A stretch of DNA of 64,000 nt, from contig OX597820.1 of assembly GCA_951406725.2 (NCBI GenBank), forward strand, positions 48,050,001 through 48,114,000, read 5' to 3'. The position numbers were made by a program, and so were the translations under genes. The notes under the pieces are model-generated. The model was not told where the DNA came from. It saw nothing but the letters and a program-made list of their open reading frames with translations, and searched no databases. Numbering within the stretch: position 1 is the first letter of the stretch; each line of letters starts with the position of its first letter. The stretch is from Octopus vulgaris. Taxonomy: Eukaryota. This document shows, piece after piece, positions 39,739 through 53,470 of the stretch.

Positions 39739-41454
39739 ACGCGGTGAGCTGCCTGAATTGTTAGCAAGACGGACAAAGTAATCAGCTGGATATCGTTCCT
39801 CTTTACGTTCTGAGTTCAAATTCCACCGAATTTCAATCCTTTCACGGTCGATAAAATATGTATGAGTTGAACACTGGGGTCGATGTAATCCACTAAATCA
39901 CTTCTTTCGTAGTTGCTGGACTAGTACCAAAATTAGAAAAAAAAATTACTATCAATTATTATCAGAACTGTTTGGGCGTCCGACAGAAATGTTAGCTGTA
40001 TTGCTCTTTGCGTTTCTGAAACTCCCGTGAAGTTCCTCACTGGATCGTTTGTTACATAGACAAAGAAGTATACTCTTGAAATCTCCAGCTATTTGTGGGA
40101 AGTCAAACTAAGTATCGATTCGGTCAGTTGAAATTTGCGTAGACTTCACATCATTTCAGCATTTGGAAAATATCTGGACAGAAACTTTTCATTTTTATTA
40201 TTATTATTCTTTCTTTCTTTTTGTATTTTTACTTTTCTTTTGTTTGGTACGAAGATAAAAGATGTCACTAATGTCAGTATAATAATCAGATTAAACGTAA
40301 AGAAATTTAGTAACCGGAGGAATAAGTTTCATTCCTTCAGCAATTGAATAATATAAGCTCTGAGGGAAAAACATGTAGCTACTATGATTGTCTTCGCTGA
40401 ATGACATTAATAATGTATCAAACTGGGAAGAATACACCGCCGCCAACTATGAGAGAGTTGGTGAAGAGATCAGAAACCGTATTAACAAAAGCCCAGTAGA
40501 TGCCTCTAAGCCATCTCCGCTGTAATAATAGTCGTCGTTTATGTGAAAGCACGCATAACCCATATAACATACAATCAGTGACTATCAGTAAAACCAAGCA
40601 TGCTGTGATTCTTACGGGCATATCAAAGAAAACAATATACAAAATTACTGACAAGAGGCTGTCTTTAGATGACAGACGAATGGTCAGTTTGAAAAATGAA
40701 AATGTCGGTTCAATATACAGTATTAAAAATTATTAAAATGATAGAAAATATAAGAAGGAGATATTGATTTAAATTGACTCACTACAGGACTAAATGATGC
40801 GAGTCCAGTAAAATACTGATCGAATATTTGTCGGTATAAATTAAACGTGTTTTACTGGAATTGGTATATCGAACTTGAGGGACAAAAATTACATCAGATG
40901 TGAGCTGCAATTTTCTATTGATTGTGATGAGACCTAATATCCAATGTTTCAACTTGTAATCGATTGAACACCCTCTACCGAAATTGCTGGCCTTGTACTA
41001 AAATCTTGAAATCAATATACCTGCTAATTAATCAATTAAATTCATTACCGTGAATATATTATAAGTACGTGCGGGTGCTCGTACACACACGCACACACAC
41101 ACACACACACACACATACACACACACACACACACACATACATATTAATAATGGATAAACCTCCTTCTCGAGTTCCAAAAACTCATAGGGCCAGTTTTCTG
41201 AATTCTTCTGGCGCATACGCTTTAATATATATTCCCCAATGGCCTCCTGACAGTCACAGGAATACTCATTTTTGCCAGCTGAATTGCTGAGAGCAGCGTG
41301 AAATGAAGTCTTTTTCTCCAGAGGACAACGCCTCGCCCGGTCTAGAGATCGTAACCACACTTTTACGCTCATGAATCCAATATGATAACCGTTAAGTCAC
41401 GCAGCTCTACGAATACAACCCCCCCCCCCCCACACACACACACACATGAACGTA

Positions 41455-41663
41455 CGAGGTGGAGCTGAAAAGTTCCTAGCTATGGGTAAAAAGATATAGG
41501 AGGATCACTTAATTATGATTATATTCGATATATTTCCCTTTCAGATTCACACACTTATTGCAGCAGTCCTTCAGATTTTCTAAACCCCGTAAAAAAACTC
41601 GGAAGTTTGGATCTCCAATCAGGCCTTTTGCGATATCCATAAGAAACTTTTCAGCCCAACCTC

Positions 41664-41664
<1 letters not shown>
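41455..41664 (-). mobile_element. Mariner-derived MITE (210 bp) with TA target duplication
   Basis: TA-CGAGGTGGAGCTGAAAAGTT ... AACTTTTCAGCCCAACCTCG-TA. Retains a transposase C-terminus remnant LKDCCNKCVNLKGKYIE on the minus strand. Confidence 0.85.
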
Positions 41665-41712
<48 letters not shown>

Positions 41713-41778
41713 TATATGTATATATATATATATATATATGCATACATACATATATACAATACACACACACATGCGCAC

Positions 41779-41830
<52 letters not shown>

Positions 41831-41832
41831 GC

Positions 41833-41868
<36 letters not shown>

Positions 41869-43099
41869 TTTGAAGATAAAACGTAAACAATGTGGAATTT
41901 GCCTGTCCGAGTGTGATATAAACAAGCTAATTTTTCTTATCTTGAGGATTTGCTTACAGTATTGACTTCGAGAATACATATGACCGGGTTGAACTTAATT
42001 ATCAACAGTTGTCTTATGTTCGACATTGCCCAGACTTGAATTAAGAACAGTTTTTTTTTTTCTAAACGGAGATTATTACCGTTCATTAACCTTATACGAG
42101 TGTGGTATATATATAGGAAAAAATCAACTGTTGACGCCTGAGCATCATAACAATCAAAATGTATTATAAAAAAAGAACAAAACGAAATATTACAAATTTT
42201 GGAAAGTCTGTGTAATTCACTTCGAAGAATGCAGTATAAATCAATGGAGGGATAATATAATTGGTCTAGTCTTGTCTAAAGGCATTAATAGCGAATAAAA
42301 AGTGAGAATCGAAAGAGAAAATGACGTCTTGTTTAATATAAAATTGCTGGTTTTTGTTACATGCTTAAAACGAGGATGAACGATTAACTACTAACTTCTT
42401 TGAGTTCTCCACTCAATTCTTGCTTCCGTTGTAAGGCACCATCTATGACGGTTATGGGAATTTAAACCAGACATAGCCCATTCCTTTCAAGGTTTGACCA
42501 TAATCGATTATTTTTTGGGAGATGAGACAGGGAATGAAAGAGAGAAATGTGAGAAAGAAAGAAGTAAAAATGATAGAAATAAGGTAAGAAAAACAGAAAA
42601 TGAAGCCAAGAACTTAGCATTGAATGATGCTTTATTTATCGAAATTGAAATGATGGAAGGTAACATTTCAACGGGGCTCAAGATTAGTAAACATATGCTG
42701 ATCAAATTTCGAAACTAGTTCCTAAAATGTTTTGCATTGGCGCTTACACAGGATTCTTTTTTATATCGATTCGTATTTTGCTGTTTTAGTGTACTGCCAT
42801 ATTAGGACACTGCATTAAAAGTTTATTCAACAAATTGACACCAGTTCATCATTTCTAAATGTATAGTGGTATCTTTTGCCAAACCATAATTTTATGCGGA
42901 CATAAACTACCCAACACTATGTGTCAAGCGGTGGACAAGTGCCCGCATGCACACAGAGACACTCACTCACACACACATACGGCAGATTTTTGCACAATTT
43001 CTGCCAAACCAATTCATTCATATGGCATTGGTCAGCCCGCAGCTATACGCGTCCAAGGTGCCGTACAATGGGACTAAACTCGAAACCGAATGATTGCAA

Positions 43100-43261
43100 A
43101 GGTTTTTTTCATTGTCTTTCTGTTTATTTTCTCTTATGCCTTTCCGTTGATGAGCGTAGGCTTGAAACGTATAAGCCTTTCTCACTTACCCAAGCGCCAA
43201 ACTAATGTACCTGCTTGTTGTTCATACAACTGTCTTCGTCTTTTGTTTTTCTATAAATTTC

Positions 43262-43321
<60 letters not shown>

Positions 43322-43460
43322 TTACAGAAAACAGAAGACGAAGACAGGTGTATTAGTTTGACGCTCGGGAAAATGAAAACGTCTTTTACGTTTCGAGCCT
43401 ACGCTCTTCAACGGAAAGGAATAAGAGAAAATAGACAGCGAGACAATGATGAAAACCTGT
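43100..43460. mobile_element. Tail-to-tail pair of short hammerhead-bearing pseudo-LTRs around (TA)n(TG)n
   Basis: 43100-43260 is approximately the reverse complement of 43320-43458. Each carries CTTT-CCGTTGA-(T/A)GAGC-GTAG-GCT(T/C)-GAAA-CGTA. Confidence 0.7.
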
Positions 43461-43579
43461 TGATTTAGTGGTCAAGTATGGCGGGGGATTAGAAAAAAGT
43501 TTGAAGGAAGGGGTTGGAAAAAAGTGAGATAATAAAGTGATATATATCGAAATAAAGTGATATATATATATATATATTA

Positions 43580-43742
43580 TAGGTGCAGGAGTGGCTATAT
43601 GGTAAGAAGCAGGCTTCCCAACCACATGGTTCCCGGTTCAGTCCCATTGCGTTGTACTTTGCGCAAGTGTCTTCTACAATAGCCTTGGATCGACCAAAGC
43701 CTTGTGACTGGATTTGGTATACGAAAACCAAAAGAAGCCCGT

Positions 43743-43745
<3 letters not shown>
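43580..43745 (+). mobile_element. SINE family A, 5' half
   Basis: AGGTGCAGGAGTGGCTATATGGTAAGAAGC...GAAGCCCGT, then (TA)n(TG)n. Confidence 0.8.
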
Positions 43746-43825
<80 letters not shown>

Positions 43826-44942
43826 CATGTTATTCGGTGGAATAAAACTAAATTGATTCTTGCTTGTTCATGACTGAAATGTATTTGTACAATTACAAGA
43901 AGATACAAGAGAAAAAAGATCTCGACGGATGCGTTGAATTGCAGTATGTAGAAACTAAATGTTATTGACTATTTAATCTTTTGATGTCGAGCATATTACA
44001 CACCTTGAAATCTGAAAAAGAAAATGGAAAACCTCGCGGGATATGATGTTATAAATACTTATCTCCAAGCATTCATCAAAGACTAAAATCTATGTATACA
44101 GGAATACCTAAACATACATTGGTAATTGATTCCAAAAGGGGCAAACAAACATTAAAAACGATATAACTCAAAAACTTAAATAAATATACAAACTATAGAA
44201 AACATTGGAAAAATTAATTGAAATTCATCAAAAAGACTTCCGGCGTGTATAAAGAATAATTTTAAGCATATAAAGAAAAATAAAGCAAGATAACACGAAG
44301 TAAAATGTGTCAAATTAACTTTAAAAAAAAATCGATGAAAATACAAAAAAAAAAAATGCTTGATTGGCCAGAAGTGGAGTTTGGTAGAGAAACAAGGATT
44401 AGTGTTGACGTTAAAGGCAAAGCAACAGGTTCGTCGTCAAACACTGTCAATTTAGAATGTTGAATTCACACGTGCAGCAAGAACTAGTGTAGAATGGTTT
44501 TATACAATTTCTTATCCAAAGCAAACAATAACAAACAAAAGCGTTGTGAACTGCCCTCATAATTCTAACAAAGGGCTCAGCATTAGGATCCTAATACTGA
44601 CTAATGATTTCTTCTAATGTTTCTTACTGCTATACAAGGGCTATAAAAGGGATTAAAACGCGTGAGTGAAAAAGCATCGCCCTCAATGAAGACGGAGACA
44701 GTGAAATTAAGCTTATACTTGACAGGTAATTATTTTATCTATCACGAATGGAAGGAAGGACTGATAAGTGTATTTGACCTATGCAGGATTTGAACTCACA
44801 GTGTTATGAAGTGTAGAACTATCAGAATAATATATAAAATTAAATTGATTAAAATGTAATTAATAAACCGTAAACCAAATAGATAAATTCATTCGGTATG
44901 GCGAAGTGGTGGAGAAGTCGTAATGAAATATTTTGAGGTACA

Positions 44943-45530
44943 TAAGGCGGCGAGCTGGCAGAAACGTTAGCGCGCCGGGCGAAATGTGTAACCGTATTTC
45001 GTCTGCCGTTACGTTCTGAGTTCAAATTCCGCCGAGATCGACTTTGCCTTTCATCCTTTCGGGGTCGATAAATTAAGTACCAGTTATGCACTGGGGTCGA
45101 TGTAATCGACTAAATCCGTTTGTCTCTCCTTGTTTGTCCCCCCTGTGTTTAACCTCTTGTAGGTAGTGAAAAAGTAGGAAATAGGTATTTCGTCTACCGC
45201 TACGTTCTGAGTTCAAATTCCGCCGAGGTCGACTTTGCCTTTCATCATTTCGGGGTCGATTAAATAAGTACCAGTTACGCATTGGCGGTCGATATAATCG
45301 ACTTAATCCGTTTGTCTGTCCTTGTTTGTCCTCTCTGTGTTTAGCCCCTTGTGCGTAGTAAAAAATAGGTATTTCTTTGGTCTTTACGTTCTGAGTTCAA
45401 TTTCCGCCGAGGTCGACTTTGCGTTTCATCCATTCGGAGTCGATAAATTAAGTACCGGCTGCGTACTGGGGCGATTTAATCGACTGACCCCCTCTCCACA
45501 AACTTCGGGCCTTATGCCTAGAGTAGAAAA
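44943..45530 (+). mobile_element. SINE family B with body triplicated in tandem
   Basis: One head, then the GTATTT...TACGTTCTGAGTTCAA...GTACC unit starting near 44994, 45186 and 45369. Confidence 0.85.
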
Positions 45531-45689
45531 GACTATTTTGAGGTGCATATATATACACATACACGTAGACACATACTCACACATACACATTTGCACCTAC
45601 CTCTTAGGCCCTGAGATACTAATAAACTGGTGTAGAAATCACTATACTTATGCTTTGGAACACAGCGTAAGTCGAGTACTGAGCGGTAT

Positions 45690-45895
45690 TAAGAAAAATG
45701 AGATGACAAGGGAATAAAGGGTTATGTTATGAACTTCATTAGCTTGCAGCTGTTTCCGCTACGAGATGCGGTGGACCTATAGTTCAGTGTCTTAGTAACA
45801 CCTTATAGCTTCATCGGAGACTCAGTACAGAAACAACTGTAAGGTAATGAAGCTAATAAGAATTGTTTATTCCTTTGTGATCTCTCTTTTTCTTA
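45690..45895. mobile_element. Inverted pseudo-LTR with degenerate hammerhead on the minus strand
   Basis: Inverted arms 45690-45756 and 45830-45893. Minus strand reads CCGATGA...GAAA-CAGCTG-CA; the plus arm has GAAACAACTGTA. Confidence 0.5.
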
Positions 45896-46841
45896 TACAC
45901 AATATATATACAAGATAACAGATGGAGATATAGACTGATAAACTGATATATAGGTACATTTGCACATATATACACAGGCAAACCTAATTAATTGGCTTAT
46001 GAACATGTATGTATATATTGACAAGTGTTTAGATAAGCGTATATCTTTTGTATGTATCGTTTAGGGAATATCAAACAAGTTTATTAGTTGGTATTTTTTT
46101 TAATTCCACGCGGATCACGTACATAGAATTATCTCCCTTACCCTCGCCTCTCATTTACTCACACACACACACACACACATACACACGCACAGACACACAG
46201 GCGCGTGCGTAAAGTTTTTACTCTTATATACTTCGTTGTCTGTACCTGTCTATCTCTGTTTAACATTATATACAGACAGATGTGTATACATGTAAAAACA
46301 CATTCACAAACACATTTGCGTATTTGTATGTGAACAAGTGTTTATATGTAACTGTCTACAACTATATTAACTTCCAGTTATAGACTGTGTATAAAACTAC
46401 AGTGGATACAGCACGTAATTCTGCTGAAAAACCTATCCAACAAGAAATCTAATATAATGTAAGAAAATTTCAGTGAAAGCACGAAGAAATCTACAAGAAG
46501 CCAAAAAACGATATGTAGATTTTTTTCTTATAATCCAAAACTGACTTTGTTTTAAACTGTTATAATAATTTTGATTTAGGCACTTGTATACTTATGTGTC
46601 TGTATTTTGTACATGTATAGAAATACATGTGTATGTATGAATGCTTGAATATATATATATATATATATTTAAACACACATATATATGTATATATGTATAT
46701 ATACATATATATGTTTATCTATATACACGTTTATATATAAGATAAGATAAAAATAGTTGTACATAAATCAATCATAATTTCTGTGTATATCAATCTCCTT
46801 GTCACTCATTCACTCTCTCTCTTTCTCTCTCTTTCTCTCTG

Positions 46842-46881
<40 letters not shown>

Positions 46882-47141
46882 TCTGTATTCACGCACATAC
46901 ACACATATTTGTGTCGGAATACATCTAGAATACATAGTTTAGGATATGACAATTAAAAAATTTTCAAGTATATCTCCGTTTCCTCAGTAACTCTAAATAT
47001 GTTTGTTTCAAATCCTGCATCAGTTTCTTATACTTTCATTTCTTCTTACGTTGTATTATCGTTAGTCTTTCTACCACCTCTAGCACTTCTTCATTATTTC
47101 TACTAACTCAATTTATTATGTCTCCGATATCTATCTATCTG

Positions 47142-47335
47142 TAAGGCGGGGAACTGGCAGGAACGTTAGCACGTCTGCCTTTACGTTCTCAGTTCAAATT
47201 CCACCGAGGTCGACTTTGCCTTTCATCCTTTCGGGATGGATAAATTAAGCACCAGTTGCGCACTCGGGGAGGGGTAAAGTCTAATCGACTTTACACCTCC
47301 CCCAAAATTTCAGGCCTCGTGCCTAGAGAGAAAAA
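47142..47335 (+). mobile_element. SINE family B variant
   Basis: TAAGGCGGGGAACTGGCAGGAACGTTAGCACG and the GAGGTCGACTTTGCCTTTCATCC core. Confidence 0.8.
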
Positions 47336-47433
47336 GATATCTAATCTTGTGTGTGTGTGTGTGTGTATGTATGTAGGCATGTATGTATGTATGTATGTAT
47401 GTATGTATGTATGTATGTATGTATGTATGTATG

Positions 47434-47544
<111 letters not shown>

Positions 47545-47800
47545 CTTGATTAGTTGATAGATATGTATCTCACCACTTCAGTAAAATTATAAGAGAATGA
47601 GGGGGAAAATGAATCAACGACACGGTGTCAGGCGAAAGAAAATACTCAAGGAAGTGAAATGTATAATAAAAATAATCTAACGTTTCGGGTTTATTCGTTT
47701 ATCAAAAACAATATAAAGGAATAAGAATGCAAGATGATAGACTATAATAAAAGATGTTGAATACATGACATTTATGTACATAGTATGATATATAAATATG

Positions 47801-47860
<60 letters not shown>

Positions 47861-47868
47861 TACATATA

Positions 47869-47901
<33 letters not shown>

Positions 47902-48384
47902 CTGTGTGTGTCTGGGTGCGTGTGTGCATGTGGTGTGTGTGAGGTCTGGGTGCGCGTGTGTTAATAAATGGACGTGTATATGTTCGTGTCGGAAAGTGTG
48001 CCTTTGTATGCGTGTGTTTCCCTTTTATCTCCTGTCAATCAAATTCAACATCCACTCCTATTCTTCCTTTCCAAAACCTCCTCCCATTCACACACAAATA
48101 CCCACACTTTTTACTGCTCCTATCTCTTCTCCCTCCCTTTCCCCTCTCTCTCTCTCTCTCTCTCTCTCTCCCTAGTAAAGTTTTATCTTTCCACTTATAT
48201 TACTTTTTCAACTGTCACACATTTTCAATCTCTCATGATTCCACCTCTCAAGCTGACATAAATATATGCATAAATAAATATAGAAAGAACACACACATAT
48301 ATAATATACATGTATTATTTTATTTCTTTTACTTGTTTCAGTCAATTGACTGCTGCCATGCTGGACCATCGACTTAAACTGGGT

Positions 48385-50206
48385 ACTTGTCACGAAGGTG
48401 TGTATTGTACTGTACTGTAAAAATACAATAAAAGTGAGGCACCAAGCTTCGTAATTTTATTATCAGTTATATGCTTTTCTGCACGACCAGGCTCCTCGCT
48501 ACTTTGAAGCATCTGGACGGTTCCAAGCCGGACCACTTTGCGATGAATCTAAAGGAGTCCACTGAGAAGGAATTCATCATCCTGCACAGATCGGTTTCCC
48601 ATATGACCTCCGCAGCGACGGGCGAAGGCCACTCAGGGTCCTCCGTGCAGGACAGAGTCACCTCCCACCGACGTTTCCTTTTAAACTTCTTAACATAGTT
48701 TTGTAATGTATCTCCCTTATGGAAGCGGACCACAAATTCCTCCTCCGGTGGTACTACTCCCACCGAAGGTGCTTCAGGACACGACCGCACTGTTTCACAA
48801 ACCGACGGCAATGTCCCGTTTTTCTTTTTTTCTTCTTTTTCCTTTGAACCAAGGGAAGGTTTTGTTCCTCTGCTTTGTCTAGCAGATCCTCCCTTCCTCC
48901 CGCAAACTTGGGTCCTTCTGTAGGCAACCATTGTTGCCCATCTTTCGTTTCTTTCCTTTTTTCGAGGAGGTTTCCATCTCCTCGACTTCCTCCGCCGAGG
49001 GAGCAGCGAACGGTATATTGATTAACTCCTCCAGGACATTATTTTGGTGCTTCGGGTAGTTCTTTTTGATATGTCCCGGCTCCAGGCACAGGTGACACTT
49101 GGGGTGGGGGCGTCACTCAAGCATTACTAGATACCTAAACCTGGCCATTGTTAAAAAATTTGGAAAAACCAGATTTTCGGCTGATTGGTCCCATAGGGTC
49201 AAAACAGCCTTTGACTCCTTCCAATCAGCCGCAGGCAACATTTTCACATCGAGTAGCTTAGTACTGCTACCACCCAGACCCCGGCGGATAGTATCCTCTA
49301 TCCACTCGGGCTCAATTCAGTGTGGAAAACCGGAATCCCAGGCCCTCGTCAACTTTTCCCACAATAAGTGGGAAGGAACAAAATTTCCCTGCCCTCCAGG
49401 GGCTGGCTTGCGAATTTGCAAGCTTCTTCGGGGGAGTCAAACAGCAACCACACCGTTGGATATCTCCATGAGATATATTTAATAGCTGGCATATAGTCTG
49501 CCAACTCTTTTTCAATTATGCTTTTCTGGAAGACGGCTATGGTGTCGAGGGACTTAGAGTGATTCCTCAACACTACCGACTTCCTTTCAAACTTCTCAAG
49601 CCATTTTTGGGAGGTGTCAAATTCCATTCAACAAATGTGTTCCTTGCCACGGGCAAAAAGTTCCAAATACAGTCCACAAAATTCAAAATAACACAGAAAG
49701 AAAAACCAAAAGAAAGATTTAACAAAAGAGAAGAAAAATAAAAATAAACAGTTCAATACAGTTTTTTTTTTCAAAAAACGACAGAAGAGATCGAGAGTTC
49801 AAAATACAGCAAGGACAAATATTTTTTCGGACACAGGTATCCTGGCATACACAGCTTTTTTCAATCCTTGTGTAATTCTTTGAAATTATTTTTCCAAAAA
49901 ACTTCCACGCAGGCAGATATGCACATTTCTCGCAAATAATTGAGAATAATTCAATTCTCAAATTAAATTAATTTGGAGGCAGGACACGCCTCCAGACAGC
50001 AGTTCTGAAAATTAAGTGAGAAAAAACACATGGCTCCACCGCAGGAAGACCAAAGACTCGAATCCAGTGAGGACTCTTTGCCTGTACAAAAAACGAACCT
50101 TACAAACAACGAATCCCCACTAGACGAAGAAAGCAAAATGTCTTACCTTACAGTAGAGCGTCTTTCAAACTTAACTTTCGTCCGCTGCACACCAGCGTGA
50201 CGAAGT
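48385..50206 (-). mobile_element. ORF1-only (L1/Tx1 ORF1-like) element with ~20-bp imperfect inverted termini, lying between two parts of a SINE A
   Basis: Left end ACTT-GTCACGAAGGTGTGTA versus right end reverse complement ACTTCGTCACGCTGGTGTGCA (17/21). One disrupted ORF at 49627-48467 is followed by AATAAA. SINE A pieces lie at 48325-48372 and 50236-50280. Confidence 0.65.
48467..49627 (-). pseudogene. Gag/ORF1-like protein with CCHC zinc knuckle (frameshifted)
   Basis: Joined frames: MEFDTSQKWLEKFERKSVVL...LFLPTYCGK / LTRAWDSGFP...YLVMLE*RPHPKCHLCLEPGHIKKNYP (CX2CX4HX4C with last C changed to Y, about 49055-49100), then a basic low-complexity tail ending VVQKSI*. Confidence 0.7.
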
Positions 50207-50535
50207 CAATGGTACAATGAAGAACACTAACGATCGGAACCGGAAGCAAGCTTCTTACCACACAGCCACTCCTGCGCCTATATATGTATATATATATATG
50301 AATTTCATTCACTCGGGAATTTCATCACACACAACATAGACCAAGTTTCTTCTTAAGAAAAAATATATATTCAAATAAGTAAAACGTAATATCATGAATA
50401 GCGATAGCGAAACCAGTCGATATATTAAAAATTATATTAAAACAATGTAAGTGTGCGTATTTTCCTTTTTTAATTTCTTATATACATTCCAACTCACCAC
50501 GTGGGGATAATCGAAATTCCTCTTTTCTGTTATTA

Positions 50536-50638
<103 letters not shown>

Positions 50639-50665
50639 TATATGTGTATATATGTACACACACAC

Positions 50666-50704
<39 letters not shown>

Positions 50705-50884
50705 ATGCAGGTAATCTTCTATTGTTTTATTCTTTTACTTGTTTCCGTCATTTGCCTGCAGCCATACTAGAGTAATCCTGTACAAGGTGCCAAAGAGTGG
50801 GTTTTAACCCAGGACCATGTGGTTGGAAAGCAAGCTTCTTACCACACTGCCACTCCTGCGCCTCTCTCTCTCTTTCTCTATCGA

Positions 50885-50941
<57 letters not shown>

Positions 50942-51234
50942 GCAACCTACATTCCATTACATATATATGTACACCATGATGACCCTAGTAAAAATGCTCA
51001 CTTACTGACATGTGAACAACTTTCGTTTATTTATTTTGATTTTTTTTAAAAGTATGTGAAATATGCAGATATGTATTTTATCGTCTGATTTTGTTTTAAT
51101 CATCTGTACTGTCGGTGTTATTGGTCTTTCTGCGTTGTGTTTGACCTTTAATATGGCAAGCATCCTAGTTCACATCTCTGTCTGACTGTCTGACTGTTTG
51201 TTTGTCGGTCTATCCCTCTGTCCCTGTTCATGTG

Positions 51235-51349
<115 letters not shown>

Positions 51350-52501
51350 GTATATCTATCTATCTACTTGCCCACCATTTTGAATCCTCCCTCAGTCTCT
51401 CACTGTCGCTCTTTTATTTTTGTCTGTCTGTTTACATAAGTCTGGCTATCAGCCTGTCTCATACTCTTTATCATTATTTCTTTCCTTCTTTCTCATTTTC
51501 TCCCCATTATTCCTCTCTCAATCTCTCCATCCTTTGGCATCTTGCCTCCCACGTTATGACCTTGTTGGTGATCTCTGCCTGCTTTGTTGTTTTGATTATT
51601 CGTGTTGTCGAATGATGCTTTGATAGATCAAAGAATTCTTGGACAATAAAGAGCGAAATTTGTGGAAGATATCTTTGGATATAAGAGCAGCTAACAACGT
51701 CACAGAAGAGGTCAGGATAAGTGTATATTTGATTATGTGACACAGTTTTCATTTAGCTGACATCAAATAGCTACACAAATTTCATTCTTTATTTGCTTAA
51801 TTATGCAAATTTCCCTAAGCCACAAATATTTCTACAATACACTAATGTAAATGTGTAAATATCTTGGCTGTTGGATTTAAGTTGGGAAAATTGCTGAACT
51901 AATGACGTCCACTGAGGCAGAACTACGTGTTTCCAAATTTCCCTTGTTTCTAGAAAATCAAACGGTACTTTTTACTCCACGTTATGTCAATTTCGGAAGC
52001 TTCTTGATTCTTCTTTTCTTTTCTTATTATTTGGAGATCACAAATAGTACTAAGTATCTATATAATTCCCAATGCAAGTAAAGATAAGTTTAATAAATGA
52101 GGAATTTATCTTATATGTTATGTGATATATTTCTATTCGTATTTTTTCTTTACAAGCATACCACTGTCGATTGTACCTTATTTCTCCGATGTCATTTTCT
52201 TTTATGTATGTCCAAAGGGACCTGGCAACACTTAACATAGCATTTAGCACAAATAAACAGAGAGACAAGCGTAGCTGTGTAGTAAGAAGTTTTATTTCCT
52301 AACCACATGGGTTTGGGTTCAGTTCCACTGCGCCCTACATTGAACAAGTACATTCTACTATTGCCCCTGCCCAATGGAAGCGTTATCAGTGGATTTGGCA
52401 CCCAAGAATTGAAAGAAGCTTCTTGTGTATGTATATATATATATATAGATGTACTCGCATAGCAAGTGATTTGATCTGAGATCGTGTGCTGAAACGAAAA
52501 C

Positions 52502-52832
<331 letters not shown>

Positions 52833-52837
52833 GTGTG

Positions 52838-53470
52838 TGAGGGTGCATGGCTTCGTGGTCAGGGCGTTCCACTCATAGTCTAGCGATCGTGAATTCAATT
52901 CTTAGACCGGGTGGTGCTTTGAGCTCTTGGGCAAAACATATGAGCTAATTTATATGTGCGGCACGAACATTGGATCACTATAAACAAATCATATGTGCAG
53001 GTTGTCCGGTAAAAGCTGAGCGCTTATACGTCGTCTTCGACGGGAAAGTCCTTCACATATGTCTGTGTGTACGTGTGCCTTTGTGTTTGTGTTTGTCACC
53101 CACTAACCGCTTTACAGCGGTCTTGGCTTGCTTACGTTCTCGTCATGTACTGGTTCTGCAAAAAAGACTGATAGAATAAGTACCAGGCTTTAAAAAAATA
53201 ATCACTGAAGTCGATTCTCTCGGCTAAAATACTTCGAGGTGTTACCCCAGCATGCCCGCAGTTCCATGATTAACTGGCACTCTGTCGGTTGCAATGACGA
53301 AGGTTCCGCTTGATCCGATCAACGGAAAAGCCTGCTGGTGAAATTAACGTGTAAGTGGCTGAGCACTCCACAAACACGTACACTCTTATCTTATTTGTGA
53401 AGGCTGGCCCTGCGAAATACAGGTACTACTCAGTTTTGCCAGCTGTGTGGTCTTGATGAAGGACACAATG
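52838..53470. mobile_element. Adjacent SINE remnants (plus-strand tRNA-headed SINE to about 53260, then minus-strand family C tail)
   Basis: GAGGGTGCATGGCTTCGTGGTCAGGG...GTGAATTCAATTC head and GATAGAATAAGTACCAGG body. 53270-53450 matches 1395-1570. Confidence 0.65.

Noticed and set aside
42494-42718. 74-aa charged ORF
   Set aside because: Derived from a purine-rich low-complexity tract, with no acceptor or recognisable motif.
44943-45530. Regularly spaced repeats superficially like a CRISPR array
   Set aside because: The units are whole SINE-body duplications without unique spacers; eukaryotic context and no cas genes.
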